From Intoshia linei (Eukaryota > Animalia > Orthonectida), in the NCBI GenBank assembly GCA_001642005.1, contig LWCA01000314.1, positions 1-32,681 of the forward strand: a stretch of DNA of 32,681 nt. Reading direction: 5' to 3'. A program made the translations under genes and the position numbers. The notes under the pieces are model-generated. The model searched no databases and was not told where the DNA came from. It was given only the letters and a program-made list of their open reading frames with translations. This document shows positions 21,201 through 32,681 of the stretch, piece after piece; the stretch's first letter is position 1, and each line of letters opens with the position of its first letter.

Positions 21201-22910
21201 GAGTAAAAATTTTTTGATTTTATTACACGTAAGTCACAAATTAGACAATAATTATTTGATTTTATACAATAATGGTCATTTATTTAAAAGTGAATCAACT
21301 TTATATATTAGTTGAGTTGTATCTAACTATACAAATGACAGTTATTAATATTAATTAATCCTTTAACTACGATACATTTTTAAAATTTTTTCAGGAATGT
21401 AAAAATTATAATTCATATTTGCATATCATCTTATTTTTAAGCAGAACTTTTTTTCAGTGTTTAGTGTAATACAGTGTTTTTTAACCGGGGGGTCGCGAGA
21501 ATTTGAAAACAGTTTTATATTTTCATTTATGTGAATTGATAAGATGTTTGGAGTATATAGAAAATTTTTAGGTAGCGAAAATTTTTTATGTTTATAAGGG
21601 GGTCGCGAACACAAAAAGGTTGAAAACCACTGGTGTAATACATGAATTTATTATTAATATTATGATATATGTTATATAATGAAAAAACTAAGCTACAAGT
21701 TAATTAATATTAATTTTGATAATATCCATATATTTCACGAATTTTCAATATTAAAATATTATCATTTGATGGCTGAAGGTTAGTAAATTATTTGAACTAT
21801 AATTTTTTTCGAAAAAAATAAATAGATTACCATAATATATTCAAATTATTGTGTGAAATTTATGTCTGTAGTCATGGGCTTTTATACTTAATGTTTTTAA
21901 CCGAAATAGATTGGAAATTGTTAGTGTGAAGGTTGGGATACTTCTCTCTTACATAAAAGATTATTTATCTAATTATTTTAGACACATCAGCTGAGCTTGA
22001 TAAAAATGTTGAATACACAGAAGATAATAAAAATCACGGTTATGTTGATGATGAATGTCAAAGTGTAAACTACAGTTACACCCAGTTTCATCTTATGATT
22101 ATGTGTGGAACATTTTTCATTATTGCTAGCTTTATCGATTGGTACAAGTAATGTATTTTTAAGTGTTTATATCCCCAATTTACAATTAATGAATCTGTCG
22201 ACAAAATTATTTCATAAATTCGCAGAATTTATTCCAGATTACATGAAAAATTTCTATCATTAATGAATTATGATTTGAAATTATATAAAAAGGATTAAAA
22301 AAAACTTTGGGGAAAAGCACTTCAAAATATGAATAATGAGCAAATTTTAATTTATTTTGTATAGTAAATTTCATAGTAATAATTATTTCGATAACAATTG
22401 ATTTTCAATTTATATTTTTTTATATTTATTCAGTTTTCTCATTGGTATCGATTTTTTATCAATTCGCTGATTTAGCAATGATTCGCTAGAGGATAATTTT
22501 GCGCATCTTTATAGCTATTTGTATAAAAAATTTTATATCTAAAATAATATTTTTAAGATAATTGTCATATATTTGTTACTGTGAGCGATACATTGTTCAA
22601 AAGTTTAGAGGCGATGCCCCAGGGTTTTTTAACAGTTGAGAAGTAAGATTGGGTGCAAATTGAATATTTTCAAAATGTTCATATGGTGAAAGGGTCCACT
22701 TTTGATATAAAAATTTGTTCACACCCCTAATATACATACCATATTATTTCAACAGTTTTTTGTTTTAGTTATTATCAGCTGAAGGGTGATGGAGAATTTA
22801 TGAAATCGGAAGCTACCATGTGGATAAAAATTGCATCTTCATGGCTCTGTGCATTGTTATACATGTGGACATTAATTGCTCCTTTAATTTTGAAAAATAG
22901 ACAATTTTAA
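15220..22910 (+). CDS. SERINC: Serine incorporator (Serinc/TMS1), 11 exons (15220-15240, 15280-15447, 16128-16288, 16324-16541, 18538-18620, 19947-20049, 20100-20180, 20221-20344, 20381-20415, 21982-22147, 22769-22910), ~433 aa
   Basis: Phase-compatible GT-AG splicing gives MGCIVSSLACCCTGAACSLCC...TRLTY ... DCRVGVQNGFWAIK ... FIFIQ ... ANPDIDCNP ... DDECQSVNYSYTQFHLM ... DWY ... WIKIASSWLCALLYMWTLIAPLILKNRQF*. AATAAA at ~22931. Confidence 0.95.
15497..15718. mobile_element. Decayed hAT MITE in Serinc intron 2
   Basis: CAGTG...TACTG ends. TSD TTATAGAG / TTTTAGAG (7/8). Confidence 0.6.
16613..17066. mobile_element. Decayed hAT MITE in Serinc intron 4
   Basis: Left end CACGGTTGGGTACC...GCGGGTCGCA; right end GGTTGCCTATCCCTG. 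No clear TSD. Confidence 0.5.
17200..17798 (-). mobile_element. Helitron-like family copy in Serinc intron 4
   Basis: Minus-strand 5' end A|TCCTTTACTTATATAAAAACG. Shares the GACCGTGAAGG core and AATTGGGTTTTTGAAC repeats with the other copies. Confidence 0.7.
18010..18418. mobile_element. hAT MITE (409 bp)
   Basis: TIRs CAGTGGTTCTCAACC / GGTTGAGAAACACTG; subterminal GGGTTCCG(C/T)G; degenerate TSD GACCAAGG / GGTCAAGG. Confidence 0.85.
21472..21632. mobile_element. hAT (Buster-type) MITE (161 bp)
   Basis: TIRs CAGTGTTTTTTAACC / GGTTGAAAACCACTG; subterminal GGGGGTCGCGA twice; perfect TSD GTGTAATA (21464-21471, 21633-21640). Confidence 0.92.
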
Positions 22911-25054
22911 TATTATAATTTTTTTTGTTTAATAAAATGTTAATATGTTGTTTATAAAATTAAATTCTTTCCAATAATTGTTTATAGATTTTGTTATTGG
23001 CCCATTTTTGTAACGCGGTAATTGTTAAATTCACAAATAAATAGATGTAAAAGACAACAATATTATATCTTGTACAGAAATAACCTTAAAATGATTACAA
23101 CAAAATTTGTACGATTTTAAGTAACATTAGGACTGACGGTATTATAGATAAAAATATAATTTTATACGAGCCCGTGTATTGCATTCGGTAGTACAAGTTT
23201 TTAAACTTTAAATTTCTCGAGCAATCTCTATTTACGGCGTAAACAATATCTAAAAAACTTTTTCAATTTTGGGAACATTACAATTTGCAATGTATTGGCG
23301 GGGTAAAGGTTGAAATTACCAGAATAATGCATCCGTTTTCAATGTCCCACGAAATAGTATGACCTTATAAACAGCAAAAGTTAAATGTACCCAATATCGC
23401 CATCAAAATCAATCCTTTTTAAGGTTCCACGGCGAAAAAAGTTTGACGACTCATGACTTAACTATTTATGCATAACATATAGTTGTATGTAAATATGCAA
23501 CACAAATAAAGAAAAATACAAGTAGTTCAAGTGTTGTAAATAAGATTTGATTGATCAATAATTCTTTAGCAATTTTAAATGTGAAAACAAATGGTGTATC
23601 GAGATTATAAATTCTCATAATTGTTCTCAAAACGTTACCTTTACAAATTGATATATGATAATGTAAATACATGTCAACTTGTCAGAAATACAAAATGTAC
23701 ATAATACAAATGTCACTTGTAATCGATACGACATAATAGGTTACTAGTTTAGCTTCCATTAAATGGTTACATTAAAATGATTTGCTGCAATCGCAATGTA
23801 ACATTGCTAATTAAATAAGATCTAAAACACTGGTTGGAACATTATTGATACTTGTGCCGTCAAGTATCTTGAAAATATACACATGGGTAAACTTTTTTTC
23901 TCAAGTGAACCAAGTTTCAAAAGGCATTGACCGACTGTAACGTAAACTTTACAAATCAAACATGTTTCAATATTATAATCAATTTAAATATAAAATTAAA
24001 TTAAAATAGCAATGTGTAAAAGATTTTGCAATACATGTAAATTGATTTAGATAAATGCAATTAATCAACCAAATCAAAATTCGACTTTTGACTTTTAAAA
24101 TTCAATTAAATGTCATTGTGAAATGTAATTTTTTTTATTTTTACACAATTCAATTTTGATATTTCATTTACTTCAAAATTAATATGTCATTTATCAATTG
24201 ATAAAATTACCTCCAACCAATTTTAATCTTGTCACGCCAATCTCCAAATTTAGATATCTGCTGCTCTTCCGCTGTTTATTCAATTGCCGGAATTATCTAG
24301 CATTAATGGGTATCGTGTTGATTTAATATGTTAAATGGGTTCTCAAAACTTCATTCATACGTCACTAGTCAAAATTAGAAATATGAGCTCTCATCAATCT
24401 CAACACTCCGGGACATTTTTACTTGTCACAACTCTACTAATTGCTCAATATATTATCAATTACTGTATTGGCTATATATTCCATTTGACTTTTCGACATT
24501 ATGATTGTGTTTATCTATCAATTTTTCATCATTTTATGTAACATTTTCAGTTTTTCGCATTACTTATGCATTTATCATCTTTAATAAGTTTCGTTTATTT
24601 CATAACATTGATTCATGATATGAGTGGTTTAGTTTAAATTAATGTTTAGAGATATTAAAAATATTATAACACATTGACTACCATAATTAACAACAAAAAG
24701 TGATATTATTATACAAAATAAGCATAATTTCATATTATGCAATAATTATGGTACTTTATGAAAATTTTTGGTTAAAATAACAGTTTGGTTATACAGTTAA
24801 TCTAGGTGAATGAGATTAAGGATCATCAAAACATATCAGACTAATCCATTCAGTAATAAATTTATAAGAAAATTCACTTATTGACGTTTATCTGCAATAT
24901 CTTGGGTTTAGAAGGCAATATTAATTTTGATTAAATTTGACCACAGATAAATTTTATTTAGATTATGAATCAAATCATCAATTTTATATCAGAAAAAAAT
25001 TTCGAAAAATTTATTTTTATCTCCAGGTATTATTTGAGGTTATTCAGTGTAGCC

Positions 25055-25943
25055 CAGTGTTTTCCAAACATTTTTATACTATGCCCTACTAAATGTACTG
25101 AATGTAAAACATCCCAGACCCACTCTTTTAACAATCATATAGCATTCATTTTTGGGTGGATAATATAACAGTTCAATGCAAAAAAAAATATTGTTAATTC
25201 AGTGTCTATTTAAACTAAAAACAAAAATTTTCTAAATTAAATTACAAAATGAAAGCTTTTATTGTCGAAAGTCGACCTAATTATAATATAATATTCATTT
25301 TATAGATTCAAAAAAAATCATTAAGCCTAACGATTCTTCCAGATTTTTTTAATATTAGGTATTACACATAAAAATCAAATACTTATATAAAATTGAAATA
25401 ATATATGTGTTACCGTTTAATTATAAAATTAAAAGTCCTAAAATTAATAAAACCCAATTTCTAATACAGTTTTTCGAGAATGATGTTTTATTGCAAATTT
25501 CATTATTAGAAATTGAGTCTTTAGGTCAAAAACCCAAATTACCTTTTTTTTAAATAAATAATAAAATCAGTCATAGAATTTTAAGATACGAATTTAAGGG
25601 CGCATTTTGACATGATTTCTATTTTCTAAAATCTCAACCTCAAAAACTTCTATCTTCATGGACAAACCCCAAAATTATCTGTATTTTTAAAAATTAAAAA
25701 ATTCACAGAATTTTATAAAACATAAATTATGTATAGTTTTTAAAATGATAAGAATATCAAATAGATTATCATATATCGCAACCAAAAAAACTTAAAATTA
25801 ATTAAAAAATCGGTCTTAAAATTAATAAATCGATTCTCGGTAGAGTTAGCTGCTATTTTTTTCAAGTAAATAACAGTTCCAGGTCGCACGAAAAATTTGG
25901 TTAGGCCCAACAGTAGGCCTAAACCCACGGTTAGGAAACACTG
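25055..25943. mobile_element. hAT MITE carrying a nested Helitron-like copy (~25373-25700, +)
   Basis: TIRs CAGTGTTTTCCAAAC / GGTTAGGAAACACTG; flanks GTGTAGCC / GCGTACAT. Internal TACTTATATAAAA...GTGTTACCGTTTA...AAAAACCCAAATTACC matches the dispersed family. Confidence 0.6.
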
Positions 25944-26345
25944 GCGTACATTCCATCTGGAGCAGGGAATGTCTGGTATTGTAAAGAAATTTTGTAAAAA
26001 ATTATTTGTTTTCGATGATAGTACAGTTTACTCAGAAATTTGGGATGTTTGATTCCGCTATCATTTTAGGAAGATAGTATTGATAACCTCAATATAATTT
26101 TCTAAATCTTCTAATAACCAAGCGACACATTATACATGTATTTTTACGAAAAAACATGAATTTTTCTTCACAATTTTATCGATATATGTAACACATTTAT
26201 TCGAGAACCCTTACAAACAACCTTACATGCTACAAAACAATTAATATATAATTAAAAGTAAATATTAAACATTAAGATTTAACGTATTAGTTTTAAAGTA
26301 TGTTTTAAGTATTTTTATTAAAGTTTTAAAGAATTGGCAATATCG

Positions 26346-26465
26346 GCTAAAGCCCAGGGCGACTCATTAAAAAAGGCCCCAAATTAATAAAAGTACTTTA
26401 CATTTATATTTTAAAAAGAGGCCCCAATTTATTAAAAAATACTGCACATTTATATCTTAAGAAAC
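26346..26465. repeat. ~48-bp tandem duplication at the start of a probable decayed MITE
   Basis: AAAAAAGGCCCCAAATTAATAAAAGTACTTTACATTTATAT followed by AAGAGGGCCCCAATTTATTAAAAAATACTGCACATTTATAT. Confidence 0.6.
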
Positions 26466-27312
26466 AGTTTATCAGTTTTGGAGTGTGGGAATTAAAATAG
26501 CTAGAAAGAAAATTGTTTAATCAAAATTGAATCAAAGTTCTGGTAATTATTTAATTTAAAATATATTAAACATTAAAACCTTTAAATTAATAAATTTTAT
26601 TTAAAAAAATTAAACTGCTAGCAATTCCCTAAGCACCCGATTGAACGTCCTTGTTTGGAAACATTGAAAAAATCAAAGTGATGTGTGAAAGGTCTTGGGA
26701 AAGCTTATATATTTTTATCTTACAACAAAAATCTTAGTATTGGTCGGTTCTCACTGAAAATAACCATATAAACGCGTTAGTGTAATTACAGAGCACTGTA
26801 TACTCCCTAGTAGCTCTGTGAACCTCGTAAAAAATCTTTATATAAGGAACGTTAACAGAATAAGTTATATAGTACAAGTATGTAGTAGTATTAGTAGTAT
26901 AAGTATAGTAGTCTTAAATTATACACGCGTTTAAATTAAACTCATAATAAATTAATATTTTAATTTGGATATATAAAATTTACAATTATTGTTAATAAAA
27001 TTTTAATATCCCACTGGTCATTCATTAACACCATATCAGATCCGTATTATCATAATACCATGATGATAGTAAGTGACAAAGATTTAGGAATTACTGTTCA
27101 AAACAATACAAATCGTTTAATTTGACTTTGTTTGTTTTTCTTTTTATCAAAATCTTAGTGAAATGTAAACATTCAAAGTTAATATATAACCATATTCAGA
27201 CTTAATGATGGTAGCAAAATTGTGGTGTTTTGGAGCTTGTCACTGATCACTGATTAGATAGTCAAAATGTGTAAAAATATAAATAAGAATTTAACGTTAT
27301 ATATTATAATTG

Positions 27313-27590
27313 ATATCTTTTACGTATAAAAAAAAAAATTTTTTATTTTTTTTTGTATTTGTAATTTTTGTAAAGAAAATTGGAGTCGTGTGTGTTACCG
27401 TTTATTTAAAAAAATTCAGAATCGTACAAATTAAACAAACCCAATTTCTAATAGATTTTTTCGCGAGTCATGTCATAATATCTATTGTCATTATCCGAAA
27501 TTGAGTCCATCAGAGTCAAAAACCCAATTTGCCTTTTTTTATAAAATAAAACCAACTTCAAAATTAAAAAAAACATAAATTCTGAGACTA
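27313..27590 (+). repeat. Helitron-like family 5' fragment
   Basis: GTGTGTGTTACCGTTTATTT...AACCCAATTTCTAATA...GTCAAAAACCCAATTTGCC matches 25400-25550 and the reverse complement of 1600-1745. Confidence 0.7.
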
Positions 27591-28920
27591 GCTGCACTTT
27601 GTACAAAGTACAAACAGTTAAGCTATTTAATTAATAATTATAAATAATATAACAGCAGAAATTATCAACGATTTAAATGGTAATAAAGCTTACACAAATT
27701 AGTTAGTATGTCGTATGTTTTGTGGTAAAATCAAATGCATTGTATAATATACAGTAAAAATGACTTTCACTGTGAAATGTTGACAACTTAAAATGTAGGA
27801 TAAAATTACAATAAATAGTCTAGATTGGCAAAATTTTTAAATTCCTAGTTTTTAGATATAATAAATTATTAATTTAATGTAATATTACATTGTTAACTTG
27901 AATTACTAAAAAAACAAGAATATTATTATACATATATATTTATTACAAGAATTTATATACACAGTAATCAATAGTTCACATGTTGATCCATTAAAAAAGC
28001 ATTTTTAAATTGAAAGATAAATGAATATTCACTTAATTTTAAAAGTCATTTTCAATATATCAATTTCAATGAGGTGTATTAATTAGATAAATGTAAATGT
28101 AATGTACATTGTACAAATACAATATATATTGAATATATTCCATGTATTGTCAATATATAAATATTAACTCAAATTAAAAATATTATAAAAAAATAAAAAT
28201 AAAAATATATCGTAAACAATTATTCGCCACATTAGACTAATAATAGTTACTTAAATTTAATAATAACAAGCTAAACAGATTCCTATTTTGATTAACACGT
28301 AAATATTTTTCATAGGATAATTTTTGTAATTTCAACTATGATTTCTAACCTACTATTACACACAATATTAAAAAAGAATAATGTTAAAAGTTAATCATAG
28401 ACTTTACATACATGATATGTTATAATAAATTGAAAGTAGTCAACAACAAAATTAAAATAGCAATACACATGTACACAACTTAAATATGTCACCAATTGAT
28501 AAAATCAGACGAGTATTGAAAATATACAAAACTGTAATAAAATAATACAGATTGTCTAGTTGACTTATAATAAATAAATTATGTTACTAAATCCAATGGG
28601 ACAAATCGATACAAAATAGTTTGGTCCCAAAAGTAAAAATTAAAGGATTATGCATGTTGAATAGATGAACAAAGAATAAACGATACACGATTCGAAATTA
28701 AAGAGACTAACTGAATTTTAATTGATAAACGGATTAAAAAATTATAACAATTTAAATTTCTTATCATATTTACATTTATTATATGTAAACTGAATAAAAA
28801 ATGATTTGATGAAATACGTTAAAGCCCCGCAGAGTTGTCAACATGAGAACATGTGCCGTTAATTCATAATTTTATAAATATTTGAAAATTTAATTGATTT
28901 AGCATATATAAAAATTAACA

Positions 28921-30069
28921 TTACAAACCAAGTATGAATTCAATTCCGAAATTTGAGCAATTTTTTGATTTTTTGACATTTAATTTTTCATAATTTAGAG
29001 GAGTTTTTCGTTTTGAAGAGTTACTAGATTTTATGGACGTTGTAGATAAATCGGATGTAATATTTCGATTACTATTTTCCGTTTTATTGTGGGGTGATTC
29101 ACTGCATTCTGATTTCGGTAAATCTTTATTTTCTACATCGTCAGTATTTTTCGATTCAACGTCTTTTATAATAGACTCTTTAGAGGTAGATAAATTTATG
29201 GAGGTTGATAATTCTTTGGAAGTTGATAATTTTTTTGAAATTGACAATTCTTGTGTTGATAATTTTTCCAAATTTTCAAGGCTATTTTGTTCATTCTCAC
29301 ATTTGTTGCTTGCCTTATCCGCCAATATAGATGAGCATTTCATTAAAAAATTTTGAGTTACTGTATCAAGAGTTGCATAATTGAGAGGTGGTGGCGATTC
29401 GCAGTCATCTTCATCGTCGACGTCTTCAATTCCCATGTATTGTCTAACTTTTCTTTGAGCATGCCGTCTTCTAAAATCTCCCTTCATGAAATCACTTTCA
29501 TTTGCATCGTGAATTGACCAATAGTGACCCTTTCCATTGGCAGATCGAGTTGATTTCACAAAACATTCGTTCAACGATAAATTATGTCTAATGCTATTCC
29601 TCCAACCGGGTCCTCTATTTCTGAAATACGCGTATTTAGACTGAATCCAATCGTAAATTTCACTCAATACCAATTTTTTGTCATCCGCAAGTAAAATTGC
29701 CATTGAAATTAATCCAATATAACTATGCGGAGGTTTTGGGTCTGACAGGGTTAAATGACTTTGGTAAGGTAACGCATAAAAACTATTATACATGGCTTGA
29801 TTATAGTGATACTTTGAAATCATATTTTGGTACGCTTGAGGGTAAGAATAATTAATCATTTGTTGATAATTTGGCATTTGATATGGCATTTGAGAATACA
29901 TGGGATTTTTAATGCTATTGTTGGTCAAATATGAAACGGTATAAGAGCTAGAAAGGTATTTTTTTGTGGTTGAAAAGTCTAATCTCTTTTCATAGGCTTC
30001 CAGATCACTTTTATCTTGTTCAGAAACAGATTTCTTTTTTTTATCGTCAAAATTATCAGGTTGGTTCAT
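28921..30069 (-). CDS. FoxQ2: Forkhead transcription factor FoxQ2 (fd102C-like), intronless, 382 aa
   Basis: KPPHSYIGLISMAIL...KLVLSEIY...YFRNRGPGWRNSIRHNLSLNECFVKSTRSANGKGHYW...DFMKGDFRRRHAQRKVR is diagnostic for FoxQ2. C-terminal eh1 motif FGIEFILG. Confidence 0.95.
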   Translation of the reverse strand: MNQPDNFDDKKKKSVSEQDKSDLEAYEKRLDFSTTKKYLSSSYTVSYLTNNSIKNPMYSQMPYQMPNYQQMINYSYPQAYQNMISKYHYNQAMYNSFYALPYQSHLTLSDPKPPHSYIGLISMAILLADDKKLVLSEIYDWIQSKYAYFRNRGPGWRNSIRHNLSLNECFVKSTRSANGKGHYWSIHDANESDFMKGDFRRRHAQRKVRQYMGIEDVDDEDDCESPPPLNYATLDTVTQNFLMKCSSILADKASNKCENEQNSLENLEKLSTQELSISKKLSTSKELSTSINLSTSKESIIKDVESKNTDDVENKDLPKSECSESPHNKTENSNRNITSDLSTTSIKSSNSSKRKTPLNYEKLNVKKSKNCSNFGIEFILGL

Positions 30070-31799
30070 TTCCCAATATTAACTAATAATTTAATGTTTT
30101 TTGCAAAATACTTAGTCAATAATGAAAAATAACATTAAAATAACTAAAAACAAGAGGCGGAGTCAATGTCAAAGTTTAGTGTGTGTATTATTAAAGTTTG
30201 CATAACTAAGAAACACTTGAAATTATTTGTCTAGTATACAGTGTATTTGACATTCATTGGATAATTATGCCATTGTTTGTAATAACAATGTACTGTTAGG
30301 TTTTGTAAAATATCATTGGCTATGAACAATCAAGAGTTTGGTAAATATGTGTTAACACGTATATTTATTTTTAATATATATTAAATTCACAAATTTAATG
30401 CATTATAATCATTTTATTGATTAGTTATACAAATTTTATATTAAATTATAAATTTTAAAATGGATAGAGAATTATTCTCAATATTAACCAAAATGTAGCT
30501 CTTCTTTATAAATAAATGTCATGTACTAATTATCCATATTAATTTGAATAACGCCCCACTGTGAACTATCAATTCGTGACTGATGCATTTCAACAAGTGA
30601 ATGTTATTAATTCTGACAAATGAACTCGTCTATAGGCTTGAAATTTTGTAACTTATCAAAATTCAATAGCATAAGTTAATATTCACTATCATTACATTCA
30701 ATTTTAATAAATACAAAAAACGATGAACACATAAAGGTTTAAAAGTTTTTTCACAGTTTTAAATCTTTAAACATTTGATATATTTAAAATGTGAACGTTA
30801 TGGATTTGGATTAGTCGTTTAATTGTTTGGAACATTATACAAATTAACAAATTGCCGTTTTGGTGTACACAAAATGTAGTAAAATTAATGTCATTTTATG
30901 TGACAGATTTTACTTTTTACTGAAATTTTATTTCATAAACAATTATCTACATTACATTACATTGTTTTTATTTCTGACACTCGATTCAAAGGCTAATCAA
31001 ATATAATTAGTTTATTAATCAAATGTTTCCAATATATCATAACAGACTAAATGATCAAATTATGCGAAATCATTGATAATCAAGACATCTTTAATCTGTC
31101 ATCAAAACTATTAAATTGTACCACGTAATCATCAAAATTTCATTTATATTTACAATTTTAATTTAGAATACACTATCAAAATTGAATTATATGTATTCAT
31201 TCAAGCGTAATTATCCTTTTAAAAATGTAATTGGTGCAAAAACACTTTGATTTAAAATTTAGTATTTTTTAACTTTTTGTGTAAATGTACGTTTATACTC
31301 AATTGCACAAGCAACCATGTCACTAATTTTGTACTGTTTTTTTAAATTAATTACACATGATTAGAAATTAAATAGCGTACATATTGCGTGATATTGATTA
31401 AGTGTTTCACTACGTTTGCAAGATCTGAATTTGGTTTCATTTGTTGAGATTCGATTAAATCTATAATAATTATCAATTTTAAATATCCAAGTTTCATAGA
31501 CGATAACGGCTAATTTAAATGATTGATAATTTTTTTTTAAATTGTTGCAAGAATATTTAAATTTTTATTTATCAAAAAAAAGTATATTTTGTTTTTGATT
31601 GTAAAGATGCAAATTTATGAGAGTGAAATCAATCTTATTCGCTGTACCAAAAAAAGGTGACTTAGACTTTGTGATTTTAATTTTCTCGGACTGTCGCGAT
31701 AATATAGAATATGCTGGCTTAAGATAAGATGAAAACCATTTATAATATTTTTCACGTATAATGAAAATTACTTTTTTGATAATAATAAAATAGTTTCCA

Positions 31800-32000
31800 A
31801 ATAAAAAAAAATTAATACTAAAGTGTTTTTTATGCTGAAGGCGTCACTTTTTGAGATTGAAATTTTTTGTGTGAGTTAACTGGATATAGCTGTATCAACT
31901 GTAATTTTGTTAAACATTATGGGACTATTTTCATTTTTTTAAAAAAAGGCAATCTGGAGTTTTTATCGTGTAAATGCACTTTTTTGAGGTTTCTATTCAT
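31800..32000 (-). repeat. Helitron-like family internal fragment
   Basis: TGAAGGCGTCACTTTTTGAGATTGAAATTTTTTGTGTGAGTTAACTGGATATAGCTGTA core as at 5365 and 17280. Confidence 0.75.
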
Positions 32001-32154
32001 GATAGTGATTTTAATAACTGTAATGAAATATATGCTTAATTATGTATTTACAAAATATCTACAATAACTATTTTGTAATCCAAATCAGTTTGATAAATAA
32101 AACAAGTTTGATAAGTAACCATTTTAGTACACCTCCAATGGAGGCTCTCCATCG

Positions 32155-32681
32155 TTAATTTAATATGCAATCTTTTAAATGTTTTGGAATTTTTACGTTT
32201 CTTTGAATTCTTGTGCGAGAAACATACAAGTTTTTTTGTTTTAAGATTATTGGAAGATTAAGAGTAAAATTTTTAGCATGATGAGAATGTTTTTTGTACT
32301 CATTTATCATAATTTTTTTTTACTCGGTTGTTATGATTTTTTATATGTAATTTTACCAATCTATCTATTTCTTATCGCTCTTTACAATTTTTTTTTATTA
32401 TATTAATACCAAATGCTAATTCAGCTGGAGAAAATTTTGTTTTAAAGAATGGAGTGGATCTCAATGCCATCAGAATATAATTTAGTATATCATCTCAATT
32501 ATTACTATATTGATTTGATAAAATTCGTATTTTTTCTCTAATTGTATCGTTTTAAATTTTTTATACCAATCCATTTTCTAAGTCACAATAAGGCTTGGAA
32601 TAAGTTTCCAAAATTTTATATGATTCACATAGGTTTTTTATAACACTATTTTGGAATTGTTTACCACAATCCATTTGAATT
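32155..32681 (-). pseudogene. Gypsy/Ginger-type integrase remnant running off the window
   Basis: IQMDCGKQFQNSVIKNLCESYKI...SKPY...ENGLV*...*DDILNYILMALRSTPFFKTKFSPAELAFG, with a later C-terminal RTRIQRNVKIPKHLKD. Internal stops. Confidence 0.85.

Noticed and set aside
26788-26820. ACAGAGC...GCTCTGT hairpin as snoRNA or miRNA
   Set aside because: Single short stem with no H/ACA or C/D boxes, and too short for a pre-miRNA.
27070-27110. KDLGITV motif resembling CR1/LINE reverse transcriptase
   Set aside because: Only ~12 codons with no supporting flanks.

Overview
Very AT-rich animal genomic DNA with tiny GT-AG introns (35-60 nt), so the ORF track misses most of the real gene structure. Splicing by hand gives five main coding genes. 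(1) A divergent Brachyury-like T-box gene (14-946, +, 4 exons) that stops right after the T-domain. (2) An intronless 564-aa K/N-rich orphan with three PW repeats (7251-8945, -). (3) A 9-exon, ~458-aa CENP-C/Mif2-like kinetochore gene (9690-12554, -), invisible in the ORF track, with a basic N-terminus, a shortened CENP-C motif and a C-terminal cupin. (4) An 11-exon Serinc gene (15220-22910, +). (5) An intronless FoxQ2 with a C-terminal eh1 motif (28921-30069, -). A decayed cluster of small spliced orphan genes, including a tandem-duplicated Thr/Glu-rich exon pair, lies at 2115-4262. The rest is mostly transposon debris: hAT/Buster MITEs with 8-bp TSDs, a dispersed non-autonomous Helitron-like family, and pogo/Tigger, Tc1, hATm-like, Buster and Gypsy-type integrase remnants. 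Tiny introns plus strongly diverged animal proteins suggest a reduced, fast-evolving (probably parasitic) metazoan, e.g. an orthonectid; this is inference only. No multi-gene novel system is evident. The best discovery candidate is the cryptic minimal CENP-C.
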